A stretch of 64,000 nt of DNA from Emiliania huxleyi CCMP1516 (GCF_000372725.1 NW_005202428.1:1349331-1413330); one strand, 5' to 3'. Counted from the stretch's first letter, positions 45,444 through 56,529 are shown. Notes: generated by a model not told the origin, from the sequence alone. Translations and numbers: made by a program.

Positions 45444-47993
45444 ATGGTCTTTTACTTCACGTGCTCGGACCCTCGCTATGTCATCTACATGGGCCGCGAC
45501 AAGCACGAGAACGAGCACCTCATCGCGTACGGCTGGCCAGAAGACCTGTGGTTCCACGTCGACAGCCACTCGAGCGCGCACGTCTACCTGCGGCTGCCCA
45601 AGGGCGAGACGATTGACGACGTTCCCGACGAGATCGTGCAGGAGTGCAGTCAGCTGTGCAAGGCCAACTCGATCGAGGGCTCCAAGCTCTCGCACGTGCG
45701 GATGATCTACACGCCGTGGGCGAACCTCAAAAAGACGGAGGGGATGGCCGACGGACAGGTTGGCTACCACTCTCGCGGCGCGGTGCGGCACACGATGGTG
45801 GAGCACCGGGTCAACGCGGTGGTCAACCGGCTGAACAAGACCAAGGTCGAGATGCACAACGACCCGAGCGAGCTCGCGCGCCTCAGGCGCGGGCGCCACT
45901 TCGGCTGCTCTCCCCTTGACCTCGGCTGCTCCTCTCGGCTGCCGCACCTCGGCTTCTCCCTCTCGGCGGCTGCTCCTCGGCTGCCGCTTCTCGGCGCGAA
46001 GCGCGACGCAACTGCCGCTAGGCGCGAGCGCGACGCGGCGGAGGCGGCTGAGGCGCGCCGAACGCGCGAGGAGTCCAAGGCGGCGGTGGCGGCAGAGGAG
46101 AAGGCGGCGAGGCGCGAGCGGGCGGAGGAGGAGGCGGCCGCGGCGCTCGCGCGCGCCACCGGAACGCTGTACAGCGCCGAGTCATTGGGCGCCGCCCGCG
46201 CCGCCGCGTTGCACGCCGAACCTAGATGCGCGGACACAGCTGGTTGCAACCACTGCTCGGGTGCACGCCCTCGTCTGGACTCCGCCATGCTGACTCCGCC
46301 ATGCTCGCACGCGGCGACTCTCGTGCGCTCACGATGCAGACCCCCCTGGGAAGAGCAGTGAGACTGCAAGGTAGGCACGCCGACGCGGAGCGCCAGATCG
46401 CAAAGGCGAAGAAGAAGAAGGGCGAGCGGAGGGGAGGCGGCGTCGCCGACGCGAGCTTGGTGGGTGACTCTGGATGCGGAAGAGCGGCGGTCCAGCTAGC
46501 GCTCGCGACGACACGCACGCGGCTGCATCGAAGTGCACTGCAGCCGTGTCCCCGGATCTGGTAGACCTCGTGTTGCCGCGCCGCTAAGAAGCTGCACGAG
46601 CCCCTCCCCACCCCCTCACCTCCCTGCGGTGGGTCCAAGCTCCCCGTGTCTGGAGCCCAGGTGGACGACCTGTTCGGAGACCTCTGCCTCGCCTCCCCGG
46701 GCGGCGGTGGCGGCGGAGGAGAAGGGCTCGACGCGGGAGAGGAGCCAGGGCGAGGACGCGTCCGGGACCCTTCCGGGACCCTTCCTCTAGGCGACTGGCT
46801 CGACGACGACGACGAGGAGGACCCCTTTTGGTCGAGCGGCCCCTCTGGCGGTTCCTCCTCCGCCGCCTCCGCCGCCGCCTCGGCCGGGGAAGGGTTTGGA
46901 GGGCCGGCGGCGGTGGCACAGACGTGGCGCGACGCGTCGCTCGGCGTGCTGGGCGAGGAGGTTGCACGCGTGGAGGCTGGCCGCGCGTCCTCTGCCGTCG
47001 AGAGGAAGGGGCGCGGAGCCTCCCCTGAGCCTTCTCTGCGCCCCTCCCTGCAGGCGGGCCGCAAGTCTGCCGGCGAAATGGAGAGGCTGACGGAGGCGGC
47101 GCACGAGCGAAAGGCGGCGGCAAAGAGCCGCGCGGCGGAGGCGGCGGCGAAGAAGGCGGAGGCGGAGGCCAAGGCGGCGGAGGCGGTGGAGGCGAAGCGG
47201 CGGGAGCTGCACGGCCAGCGGGAGCAGGCGGCGGAGGCGGCGGCGAGCGGCGCACGGGCGGCGCAGGCGCGACTCGAGACCGGGCGGTGGACACGCCCAC
47301 AACACGCCCACGACACGTACTCGACACGCCCACGCCACGCCCACGACACGCCCACGACACGCCCACGACACGTCCGCGACACGTCCGCGTGGCGCGTCGG
47401 ACAGGCGCGACTCGACGCGGACCGCGCGGCGGGGTTGGCAGGCGCGGCGCTGGAGGAGAACGAGGTTGGGTGGATGTGCGGAGGCGGCGCAGCGGCGGGG
47501 AGGGCGGCCTCACGCGGGTTCGGTCGCTCCTTAGGCGGCTCAGGAGGAGGCGCGGGCGGCGCAAGCGGCGTGGCGTTGCCGGGCGAACCCCCTGCTGAGC
47601 AAGCTCTCCCCCCCCCCCCCCCTCCCCCGCCACTTCTCCCCGCCGCAGGAGCTGATGGTTCTCGAGGCGGTGCTCGGCGAGGAGGGTTTCGAGCGCGAGG
47701 AGGAGGCGGCCCCGCCCGCTTTCCGGCTCACCGTCGCGGGCGAGCGGGCGCGCGGCGAGCCGACCGCAGTGCAGCTCCGCGTCACTTTCGTCGTCGAGTA
47801 CCCGTCGCACTTGCCGCCCCGCCTCGAGATTGTCGACGGCGTCGCGGCCGAGGACGCGCCGCTAGTGCGCGACTCGCTGCTCGCACTCTTCTACGCGCAG
47901 CGCGAGGAGAGCGCGGCGGCGGGCGAGCCAGCGGAGGGCGTGGTGCACCGCTGGACGGAGTGGGTGAAGGAGGAGTGGATGCCGTCGAGCTGA
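45444..47993 (+). CDS. CCDC25: CCDC25 (NFACT-R/DUF814) protein extended by coiled-coil and C-terminal RWD-like domain, multi-exon
   Basis: MVFYF..IYMGRDKHENEHLI.YGWPEDLWFHVDSHSSAHVYLR..LCKANSIEG..YTPWANLKKT. Introns at 45887-46021, 46211-46374, 46460-46660 and 47267-47404 (plus others) link to ELMVLEAV..LRVTFVVEYPSHLPP..GVVHRWTEWVKE. Confidence 0.8.
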
Positions 47994-48586
47994 GCGGGCG
48001 AGACCCTTGCCCCGTGGGGCGAGCTGCCTCTCGTCTGCCGTCTGGGCCGCACACTTAAAGAGTGGTATGCCCTCGTCTAGATTCAAAAGTTGAGCACAAT
48101 TATTCTCAAGAGTAAGTTTTGCCGCATTTGTGCCTCTGCCTTACGTCAGTAATCTCTAGAATCTAGCGTCCCCCGCCGAAGACCGAGAAGGCGAGAAGCG
48201 CTAGGTCCGTCGTAGTCGTCACAGCGTATGTAACCTATATAAGGGTCGACAGGGCGCGCCTCGCGAGGCTGAGCTACAATCCTACAAATTACGTTCCTCC
48301 TGACTTACTCACTCGCGCGCTTGCTTTTTTTCGCTCCACAGCCCTCTGGTCTTCACCATCCCCCTTTTGGAGTGTGAGTGTGCGACGTCCTTGTGAAGGC
48401 TTGAAGTAGACCGGAGAGATGGCTACGAAGCCTTCACAGCATCACAGGTGCTGGTTCTTACTATTATACACACACGCACACTTGTCGCTTGTCGCGGCGG
48501 CTAGGCCCCGGCGTAGGCCACTGGCAGGCGGGCGTAGCTACCTGACCGACTATTGCTCTCTGTTCAACGCCAGAACAACGCAAGTC

Positions 48587-50980
48587 CTACGCTAGCCTGA
48601 GTCGGGGGTGGGTGGGTGGCAGGTAGTCCTGTGGTGCAGGTGGACGTCGGTGCGCAGCACCATCAGGAAGACGGCCCCCCTTTGGTGATTGCTCACGACC
48701 AGGGAGAGAGACGTGCTGTGCCAACAGCGGCGCACGGTCAAAGAGCGACTGGGCACCGCTTGCCGCGCGCTTGATTGTCTGCTCGACAGCATCCTCTGCC
48801 ACGTCGACTGCTCTCTGCACCGTCGACTCATCCAGGTGGAGATGAGTTCTCCCGAAGCGGTAGACGAGAATGACAAGGGCAGCAACGACGGCCAGGACGA
48901 TGGAAAAGATCACGGCAGTGGAGAAGTTGTCCGTCGCGAGCACCGGCGGGGGCGGTGCGGGGGCGTGTACGGGGATAGAGCTCGACGGTGGAGGAAGAGA
49001 AAGTAGCTCACGGGCGTCGCTGAGAGCAAGGTGGTGAAAGAATATTGGTGTCATGCAGACGTGGCCGACGATGGCGAGCGGGAAGACAGTCGTATGAGCT
49101 CTCCAGGTCAGCTTCGGAAAGGTGCGGGGTGGAGGGCACTGATTCCTCAGAAGATTGTGCCGATCAATGAGCATACCGTATGAGAAGAAGAGAGCGCCGA
49201 AGAGGTAGAGGATGGGGAGAGCAGATCCAAACACGAGGCATACGACCACAAACTTCCCAGCGAGCTGGATGCGGAACGCAAGGTAGAGGTCCGAGTCCTT
49301 GATAAACAGGCGGTCCATCCGTTGCTGCGTCTTTTGGCGTGGCGCGAGGAGGTACCGCCGGATCGGAGTGTTTAGGGAGATCCAGTCAAGCAGGGTCGGA
49401 ATAACAAGCGCATCGCCAAGGGGGCCCATCACTGTCGCGACGGTCGCCCCTCCGAGGCTGTACCAAGAACGCCCAAAGATTCCACCCGTGACTGACAGGA
49501 ATATCATCGCCGACGCGACGGTATTGACGACCTGGAAGAAGAGCAGCTTCGCGAACACGGATGCCTCGCGATCAGAGTAGGTCGGGTGGCGCTCAAGGAC
49601 GTCAGCAAGGACGGGGGTCGACGCGAACAAGATGAGATTCCCGAATATACAGGGCAGCGCCTGCAACAGGAGCACCGCCAGCAGGTCCATGATCAAGCCG
49701 CTAAAGCCGCCACGATCTCGGGGAAGCGCGTCGCTGAGCAGGCCTCCATTCTTGTCGTTGGCCCACGTGATAAAGGCGATGATGGCGGTGCCGGTGCCGG
49801 CAATCAGCATCGTGATCGTCGTGGAGACCACTTGTCGCCAGAGGCGCTCGCGCGCGGGGGTAGCCAACCCTTCCCACAAAATGTCTGACGGTGCAGGTGC
49901 GCGCTGGGCTGTCACGCCTGAGGGAAGCGTCGGCAGCGACGGCACGGGAGCCTCGATGCCGACCTTTGCTTTGCGTGGCACTCGGGCGCGACGGTGGGGG
50001 CGGCTCGATATAGCGATCGCTTCGATGCACCGGCGGGCCTGCTCCGCCTTGGAGAAGGTGGCGAAAGCATCGCCAGTCCCATCGTATGCCTGGCGAGAGA
50101 GACGAGCAGTGATTGAGTCGTGCTCCGCGAGCTCACGGCGCGCCTCCTCCTCCTTTGCCAGCAAGTCATCCGCTGAAGCCGTTTGCCCTACTCGGTCGAG
50201 GAGCTCAAGCACCGGCCGAAGTAGCTCTCGCCGGGCTGAGCCTTGGCGGCATCGTTCAGCCTGCCGCGAGAGGTATAGCAGCGCGGTCAGGTGCTGCAGA
50301 TTCTCCAGTAGGTGTTGCCGTGCCGAGAGACGCTTGAGCAAAACCCCGTCCTTGCGCGCGAGCACGACCTGGGTGCACTCGCCAAAGCACTCCAGCTGCG
50401 ATTGCAACACCGCTGCTTGGATTCTCGGCGGCAAACCGCGCAGCCACACCGTCGTCTCCTCGGGCGCCTCCTCTGGGTCGTAGTGGTCGACCTGGTCCTT
50501 TGCAGCAGCAATGATGTCTCGGCCACGGAAGAGCGATATAACGAATATGCTCAAAACGATGAGCTCGACGGCGCCGTAGCTTGCGTTGATGGCAGCCGCC
50601 TTGACATCGCCCAAGGACCCTTTTGTCAGCCAAGATGCATTCTCCAGGTTCGAGCCGCTGACATTGGAGACCATGCTCGGAAGCACAACAGCAAAGGCGA
50701 GAGAGAAGGTGACAAACATGAACCGCTGCCACTCCATGTAACTGTACACCCCGGAGCCGAAGACCTTGAAGCAGTCGATCGAACATGACAGAGGGAGCAG
50801 CTTGCCTTCATGGTCGCGAGGCAGCGCGGCCCGTTGCACCTGACGGGAGACCTGCAGAGAAGGCTTTGCGACGAGCGCAGCGACCTGCGTCAGTGTCGCC
50901 CTGCGTATTGCGTGCCCGCGCCACGCTGCGGAAAGTCTAGCCTGCGCCAAGTGCGGCACGCGGCCGGGCTCGCTCGCCAT
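48587..50980 (-). CDS. OSCA/CSC1/TMEM63-like mechanosensitive channel, intronless
   Basis: FGSGVYSY, TVWLRGLP, AFATF, RAPAPSDILWEGL, LERHPTYS..VFAKLLFFQVVNT, LVFGSALPIL and LIDRHNLLR, with multiple hydrophobic helices. Confidence 0.8.
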   Translation of the reverse strand: MASEPGRVPHLAQARLSAAWRGHAIRRATLTQVAALVAKPSLQVSRQVQRAALPRDHEGKLLPLSCSIDCFKVFGSGVYSYMEWQRFMFVTFSLAFAVVLPSMVSNVSGSNLENASWLTKGSLGDVKAAAINASYGAVELIVLSIFVISLFRGRDIIAAAKDQVDHYDPEEAPEETTVWLRGLPPRIQAAVLQSQLECFGECTQVVLARKDGVLLKRLSARQHLLENLQHLTALLYLSRQAERCRQGSARRELLRPVLELLDRVGQTASADDLLAKEEEARRELAEHDSITARLSRQAYDGTGDAFATFSKAEQARRCIEAIAISSRPHRRARVPRKAKVGIEAPVPSLPTLPSGVTAQRAPAPSDILWEGLATPARERLWRQVVSTTITMLIAGTGTAIIAFITWANDKNGGLLSDALPRDRGGFSGLIMDLLAVLLLQALPCIFGNLILFASTPVLADVLERHPTYSDREASVFAKLLFFQVVNTVASAMIFLSVTGGIFGRSWYSLGGATVATVMGPLGDALVIPTLLDWISLNTPIRRYLLAPRQKTQQRMDRLFIKDSDLYLAFRIQLAGKFVVVCLVFGSALPILYLFGALFFSYGMLIDRHNLLRNQCPPPRTFPKLTWRAHTTVFPLAIVGHVCMTPIFFHHLALSDARELLSLPPPSSSIPVHAPAPPPPVLATDNFSTAVIFSIVLAVVAALVILVYRFGRTHLHLDESTVQRAVDVAEDAVEQTIKRAASGAQSLFDRAPLLAQHVSLPGREQSPKGGRLPDGAAHRRPPAPQDYLPPTHPRLRLA

Positions 50981-51484
50981 GCTGGCTCATGCTTGGAGCC
51001 ATTGCGCACGGCCGTTACCGACCGGGCCCGCTCCAATTTCTTTTCTTCGAGGAAAGGTTCCCCTTGGGAGAGTAACACTAACCGCCAACGCTAGCGCACA
51101 ACGACCTGGGTCGGGCTCATAGCCTCACACTAGCATCCCACCTCGCGAGCCGATCTGGCTCAGCGAGGCTCGGCAAGGCTGAAGCACGGGGCACACGGCG
51201 GCTCGGGTCGCTCCTCAACGCAAATCCGTAGAAGCTGCTCGGGGCACCTGCTTTAGGCTAGGTTAGGTAGGAAGGTGAGAACAGCCAGGCTCGGACGCGG
51301 TATGCTCGTCGTGTAAGAATTTCGTCAGAGAAGAAACCTTCGTCCGGGGGTCGGGCTCCCCCCTCCCCCCCCCCCCTTAAGGGGGGGGGGGGTCGGCCAA
51401 AAAACACCTCGCTGGCCGGCCACGGCGGGCACCCGGCCGGTAGCAACACCGCCTTCGGATCCCTCTACGCTCGGCCCCTCGTAT

Positions 51485-52930
51485 ATGCGCGCCTACATCC
51501 TCCTGACCATCGCGGCGACTCTGCCCGGCGGGCTTGGCTTCGCTTCCCACGGGCCGGCGTGCGTCGACAGCGATGGGGAAGTCCCCGCTCTTGCCGCCTC
51601 TCTCGGCGTGTACGACATCACCTCCTGCGCGGGAGTCTTGCTGGCCGGATACTGCCCACGCGTCCCATCGGAAATGGCGCACTACTGCTGCGCCTCGTGC
51701 TTCGCTCCAGACCGCGTCTCTGACCGCGAAGCGCGCAAAGGGGGCGGCCCGGCACCTGCACCTGCGCCGGCCCCTGCATCAACCCCTGCGCCAACCCCTG
51801 CCCCCAGCTGTCCAAAGCAGTACACCTACACAGTGAACACTGGCACCTTCTGGGACCCCTTCCTCAACGCGTGGGCCTCGCTCGATTGCAGCAAGGCCGA
51901 CCCGACCTGCGACGGCCTGACGTGGTGCGCACAGGAGGCGAAGCGGCTCTGCCCCGGGAGCCCCGGGAGTGGCATTCTCGAACACGCCGGAAATTGCCCC
52001 AGGCCCAACGAGGGGTGTGGTGTGTACTCACGTCCAGATGGCAGCGGCCCAGTCGCAGACCGTGATGGGCGCTGCTGGCTGGGCGGCAAAGGCGCCTCCT
52101 GCGGCAACAACAACGGATATGACTGCATGAAGCTCGTGAAGGAGAACGGGGAAAACAAAGGGGTCTGCCGCGACAACGAATGCCAAGACGGCAACTTTTA
52201 TGCAAAGTGCGGACACGACGGCGACTGCAACGGGGATCGCCGCTGCGTCAACGACCGATGCAGCTGCAGTACCACCGGCGGCGACACACAATGCCTGCCA
52301 ATGTGCGAATGTTCGGCGTATGAACTAAAGTTCGGTGGCAACGGTCTGGGGGAAGTGAAAAGGACACCAAGCTGCGAACAGTGCAGGCAGCGACCGGAAG
52401 TATATGATTGCGACCCCGAGAACCAGAATTGCGATAGCGTTCCCAGGTACGACCCCGCGAAGCAGAGATATGGGGGAGGGGGGCACGGCGTTTGCTTGAA
52501 CCATTACCAATGGAATTCAGTGGGCGGTGTAGCAGCGGTGTACTATGGACAATGCCAGACCGGCAAAGAAGGTGCGCTGTGCGGCAGCGATGGGGATTGC
52601 ATCAGCGGCCACTGCTACGAAGGGCTGTGGCAGTCGGCAAATTATGGTTACAAGAAGTGCTCACCACACGTGTACGACTACCCCCGGTGCGTCACCGAGG
52701 AGCCCAGCTGCCTCGTGAACAATGGCGGCTGTCCGAACGGGCTGCCGTGCCACCAAAGAATTGGCGGGGTCTACCGCGTGGACGGGACGGGCGCTAGACT
52801 TGTGCCACCCCGGAAAAAGTGCTACCGCGCATTAACGGGCTGCTGGGGGTGCTTGAACCTTGGTTCTGATGGTGAACCCATCGGAGTCGCCAGCGGGGAC
52901 GTCGATCATTACGGCGCCTGCCCATACTAA
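51485..52930 (+). CDS. Secreted cysteine-rich protein (ShKT-like N-terminal module, PA linker, C-x5-C repeats)
   Basis: Signal peptide MRAYILLTIAATLPGGLG; CVD...SC...C...YCCASC; PAPAPAPAST linker; KCGHDGDC and LCGSDGDCISGHC. Confidence 0.75.
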   Translation: MRAYILLTIAATLPGGLGFASHGPACVDSDGEVPALAASLGVYDITSCAGVLLAGYCPRVPSEMAHYCCASCFAPDRVSDREARKGGGPAPAPAPAPASTPAPTPAPSCPKQYTYTVNTGTFWDPFLNAWASLDCSKADPTCDGLTWCAQEAKRLCPGSPGSGILEHAGNCPRPNEGCGVYSRPDGSGPVADRDGRCWLGGKGASCGNNNGYDCMKLVKENGENKGVCRDNECQDGNFYAKCGHDGDCNGDRRCVNDRCSCSTTGGDTQCLPMCECSAYELKFGGNGLGEVKRTPSCEQCRQRPEVYDCDPENQNCDSVPRYDPAKQRYGGGGHGVCLNHYQWNSVGGVAAVYYGQCQTGKEGALCGSDGDCISGHCYEGLWQSANYGYKKCSPHVYDYPRCVTEEPSCLVNNGGCPNGLPCHQRIGGVYRVDGTGARLVPPRKKCYRALTGCWGCLNLGSDGEPIGVASGDVDHYGACPY

Positions 52931-53552
52931 TGAACTGGCGAGCGGGGCAATGCACCAATGCCGAACGACCCCGGTGCCACAGACCAGAATCGGTGCTGCA
53001 AGTCCGGCACAAGCGCACGCAACATGTAAAATATGCGAGCTCTTCTCGGCGTGAGTCCAGCGCGCCAAATGAGGCTCTCCACTGGACAAAGGTTAACGGT
53101 ACACGTCGGCACCGTGCACCGCCTCGGTATACAAAATGCGCCTGCGGGCGGACACCCTCACAGATCTCACAGATCACTAGCTCCATGTCACGCCCCAGCA
53201 CGTGCTGCCAGCAGCAGCACTCCGGGTGTCCGGCGTGTGACAAAGCGTCCTTCCGTTAGAATTAAGAACATCGTGTGGATTCTTCGTATGTTATGAGAGA
53301 GCATGTGCATGGCAAAGCACGTCCCAGATCAGGCACCTAGGGCGACACAGAGCCGCGCGCTCGCCGCACACTACGTAGTGACACTAGCTAGCGACCGCTT
53401 GTCCATGTCCATGTGCATTGTGTATTGGACCGAGGTGCTACATGCAGACAGTACTCTATATTCGCGGGCAATGCCGAGGACGGCCGGGCGCGCTCCGCAA
53501 GGTAGAGGGCGGGCATATCTCTGACGGCGTGAGGGCGCGGCGCCACCCGCGC

Positions 53553-54026
53553 TCACGCACCGTTGACGTTGACCGTGATTGTCTTCGCAAACTCCTTTCC
53601 GTACGACTCATGGTAGGCGTTTGCGAACTGCAGGGTGATCTTGTGCTTCCCTGGCTCCAGCTCGAGCTCCCCCTCCGACTGCGCCTTCCCGTAGTGCTTG
53701 TGGGTGGCATCCATCGGGATTGCCTCGCCGCTCTTTACGAAGGCTGTGGGAGCGTCGATGATCATGTGGTGGTGGCCAGTGCCTTCCTTGAGCCCAGCGG
53801 CAGCAGGCGAGAGCGCGTACCCGGTGACCTCAAACTTGTACGTGAACGTGCTCGGCACCGTATCGCCGTCCTTCACGTTTGTGAAGTACACGCTGTTCTT
53901 TGGACCCTTGGCACACGCGGGCGACGCGACGGTGAGCACCGCGGCGGCGGCAGACGCAAGAGCCTCCCGTCGCGGCATGGGCTGGAGCACGAGGCCGACA
54001 AGAGTTGGGAGCACAGCGATCATCAT
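53553..54026 (-). CDS. DUF4399-family protein with signal peptide and twin-Arg lumen-targeting-like peptide
   Basis: VYFTNVKDGDTV, GTGHHHMIID, HKHYGKAQSE..LEL.PGKHKITLQFANAYHESY; presequence MMIAVLPTLVGLVL..RREALASAAAAVL..PACA. Confidence 0.8.
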   Translation of the reverse strand: MMIAVLPTLVGLVLQPMPRREALASAAAAVLTVASPACAKGPKNSVYFTNVKDGDTVPSTFTYKFEVTGYALSPAAAGLKEGTGHHHMIIDAPTAFVKSGEAIPMDATHKHYGKAQSEGELELEPGKHKITLQFANAYHESYGKEFAKTITVNVNGA

Positions 54027-54425
54027 GCGTGCCGAGAGCAGCGACGCGGGTGCCGAGACGGCGACGACCCGGGTGAAGAGCCGCTAGTGCAGCGAAACTG
54101 CAACACCGAAAGAAAGAAAAGTCGCGCGGAAGTTGGGTTGTGCCGGTTGCCTAGGATACTGATTGTGCCAACAAGATAAAAACGAGATTACCGTCCGGCA
54201 CCGGGACGCACGCCGGCGACATTAGCTGCTGTACGGCCCCGGCATTGCCTCCCCTGGATAAGCTAGACCGAGAGCGTCGGCGAGGCCGACTACCTGTCGC
54301 TGCTCACGCAGCACACCTAATTCCTGCTGCCTCTTTGCCTCGACGCCGCAGCGCGCCAGCTGGCTGGCCTGGCTGCCCCCATCGCCCTCCTGTGGCCTCT
54401 GCTGCAGCCTGAAGCACTCGGCGCA

Positions 54426-55764
54426 ATGCTGACCACCGCAAACGTACTGACGTATGTGCTGCCCACGCTGTTGGTCTTCCTGGTGCACGCCCCCATCGAC
54501 AACGGCGGCTTCCGCTGGGCCTGGAACGCCGGGTTCAACCGCGTGCTGCGTACCCACTTCAGCAGCCCTGAACAACAGAAGTATCTGCAACTGATCCGGA
54601 AGTGGGCGATGGAACACAACCCGTCGAAGCACACGTCCAGCCACTGGTGGTACTCGGAGCTGGGTTCGCTGACGCCCGCCTTCGACGCGCTGGTGCACAG
54701 CCCGGAGGTCGCCAGCATGTTTGCCTCCATCTTCTCGCCTCGCTGGTACACGGTGATCCCTGTGTGGGGCATGAATGAGATATACGTGAGCGGCCCGAAT
54801 CGAACGGGCAACTCGGACACGGTTTTCTACACCAAGCACATCGACGGGCCCTTCCCCTTCTTCCCCTTCGCCTCCTGCTTCCGTTGCATCGTGGGCATGG
54901 ACAACAACACACAGGTCTCCACCGTCTTCCCCATGGTGCCCACGTCCATCACTGCACAGCAGGGCAACCTGGTGGCCTTTGACTTCCACCGCGAGCCGCA
55001 CTTCATCCAGGACCACCCCAACGCTGGCCTGGCGAACAAGGAGCAGCGCATCGTGCTGAAGCTACACTTTGTCACGTACCCCACCCTTCTCATGCCACTT
55101 GGCCGCCTGCTCGCCTTCATGAGCACGTGTTACAATCAGCTCTTCCGTCTGCTCTTCGTGAGCACCATCACGCCGGAGACTGCGCTGGAGAAGTTCGGCG
55201 CGTGGAACGTGGTCTTCTGGACGCACGCGTTCAACAAGGCTGAGGAGTACGTGGGCTGGAACAACCTGTCCTACCTCGCCCTGCTGGTGCACCTCAGTGT
55301 CGCCAGCTCTCAGCCCCTGGTGCTGCTGCTCGGCACGTCCTTCGTGCACTACGTCCGCTACATCAAGACCTTCTACTGGCGCACGGAGCTGCAGTGGGCG
55401 ACGTTCAAGCGCGACGTGCTTGTCTTCAAGACGGTCTCGCTCTCGCAGCTGGTGGCGCACTACCTACACTCTACTTTGCTGCGCGCCAGAGCGCGCAGCC
55501 TACACTACTGTGGCCCGTCGCCCTATCCCTCTCGCTGCTGTTTGTCGGCTACTTCGTGAGCATCTCCGCCACGTTCGCGCTGGGCGTGGACCGCACCTAC
55601 TTTGGCGAGGAACTGGGCTACTGCCCGCCCAAGCGCGTCACCCGGTTCCCTTATGGCCCCACCCCATGATTGTGAGTCAGATTGTGGCGCTGTGCGGGTT
55701 CCACGCTGCACCTCACTTCCGGCAGGCCATGCCGCACTTGGTGGCGAGAGCTGATACCATGTGA
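54426..55764 (+). pseudogene. Dioxygenase-like + phospholipid N-methyltransferase (PEMT)-like membrane protein; two 3' frameshifts, 5' end probably disrupted
   Basis: MNEIYVS, TKHIDGP, FDFHREPHFI and RIVLKLH; after shifts at ~55465 and ~55657, LGVDRTYFGEELG..VTRFPYG and HPMIVSQI (PEMT-like). Confidence 0.65.
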
Positions 55765-55870
55765 CGGCGGAGTTGACGTCTCCGACGGTCGTAGCGGCGT
55801 GGCTGAGGGCGGCGGTGGAGGCGCCCGAGGGCGCGGCGTGGCTGGTCTCATGGGTCTAGCAAACCATAAA

Positions 55871-56023
55871 CCACACTGAGAGGATGCGACGAAAGCAGGC
55901 GGGCGATAGCAGGACGCACGAACTAGTTAGAGGTAATATGACCTCGGTGGGTGTGAAAGGTCTACCCATTACCCAAGAAAGGGTTGGCGCGGTTAGATGG
56001 GAGGTAGAATGTCTACCTACCGC
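55871..56023 (-). repeat. Repeat family C, second copy
   Basis: Reverse complement of 11462-11612. Confidence 0.9.
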
Positions 56024-56382
56024 AAGAAGCGAGCCGCTCGCGGCGAGCAGTTTTAGAAAAAGGGAAAAGGGGGAGGGTTAGTTTGAACCCGAGCCGAGCT
56101 TCGCTCGGCTCCCCCCCGCGCGGGAGCGCCCCCCCCCCCCCCCCTCTCCTCGGGGGGGCGGGCAGAGCCCGCACCACACACTGCGCCTTTGCGGACGCCG
56201 GACCGAGGCCTAAGCGCTGAGTGCGCTGACGTGAGGCTGGAGCGCCAGAGAGACCCGCGCCTGAGCATGCTGCCGCGGGCGAAGTTTGAGTGAGCTGTGT
56301 GAAGCCCCGCGCACACGCAATATCGGCTCAGGAGTTCGGAGAGTCAGGCCAACATAGGATCCCGCCGAAATGCGTAACTCCG

Positions 56383-56529
56383 AGGAATCAGGAATCAGGA
56401 ATCAGGAATCAGGAATCAGAATCCCGGTCAAAATGTTGGAATCAGGAATCAGGAATCAGGAATCAGGAATCAGAATCCCGGTCAAAATGTGGGCGATCCG
56501 ACAAATCAGGAATCAGGAATCAGGAATCA
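56383..56529. repeat. (GGAATCA)n 7-bp minisatellite with higher-order unit
   Basis: ggaatca arrays punctuated twice by gaatcccggtcaaaatgt. Confidence 0.95.

Noticed and set aside
56383..56529. CRISPR array or telomere repeat
   Set aside because: It is a 7-bp tandem unit with no unique spacers, no cas genes, and is not TTAGGG-like.
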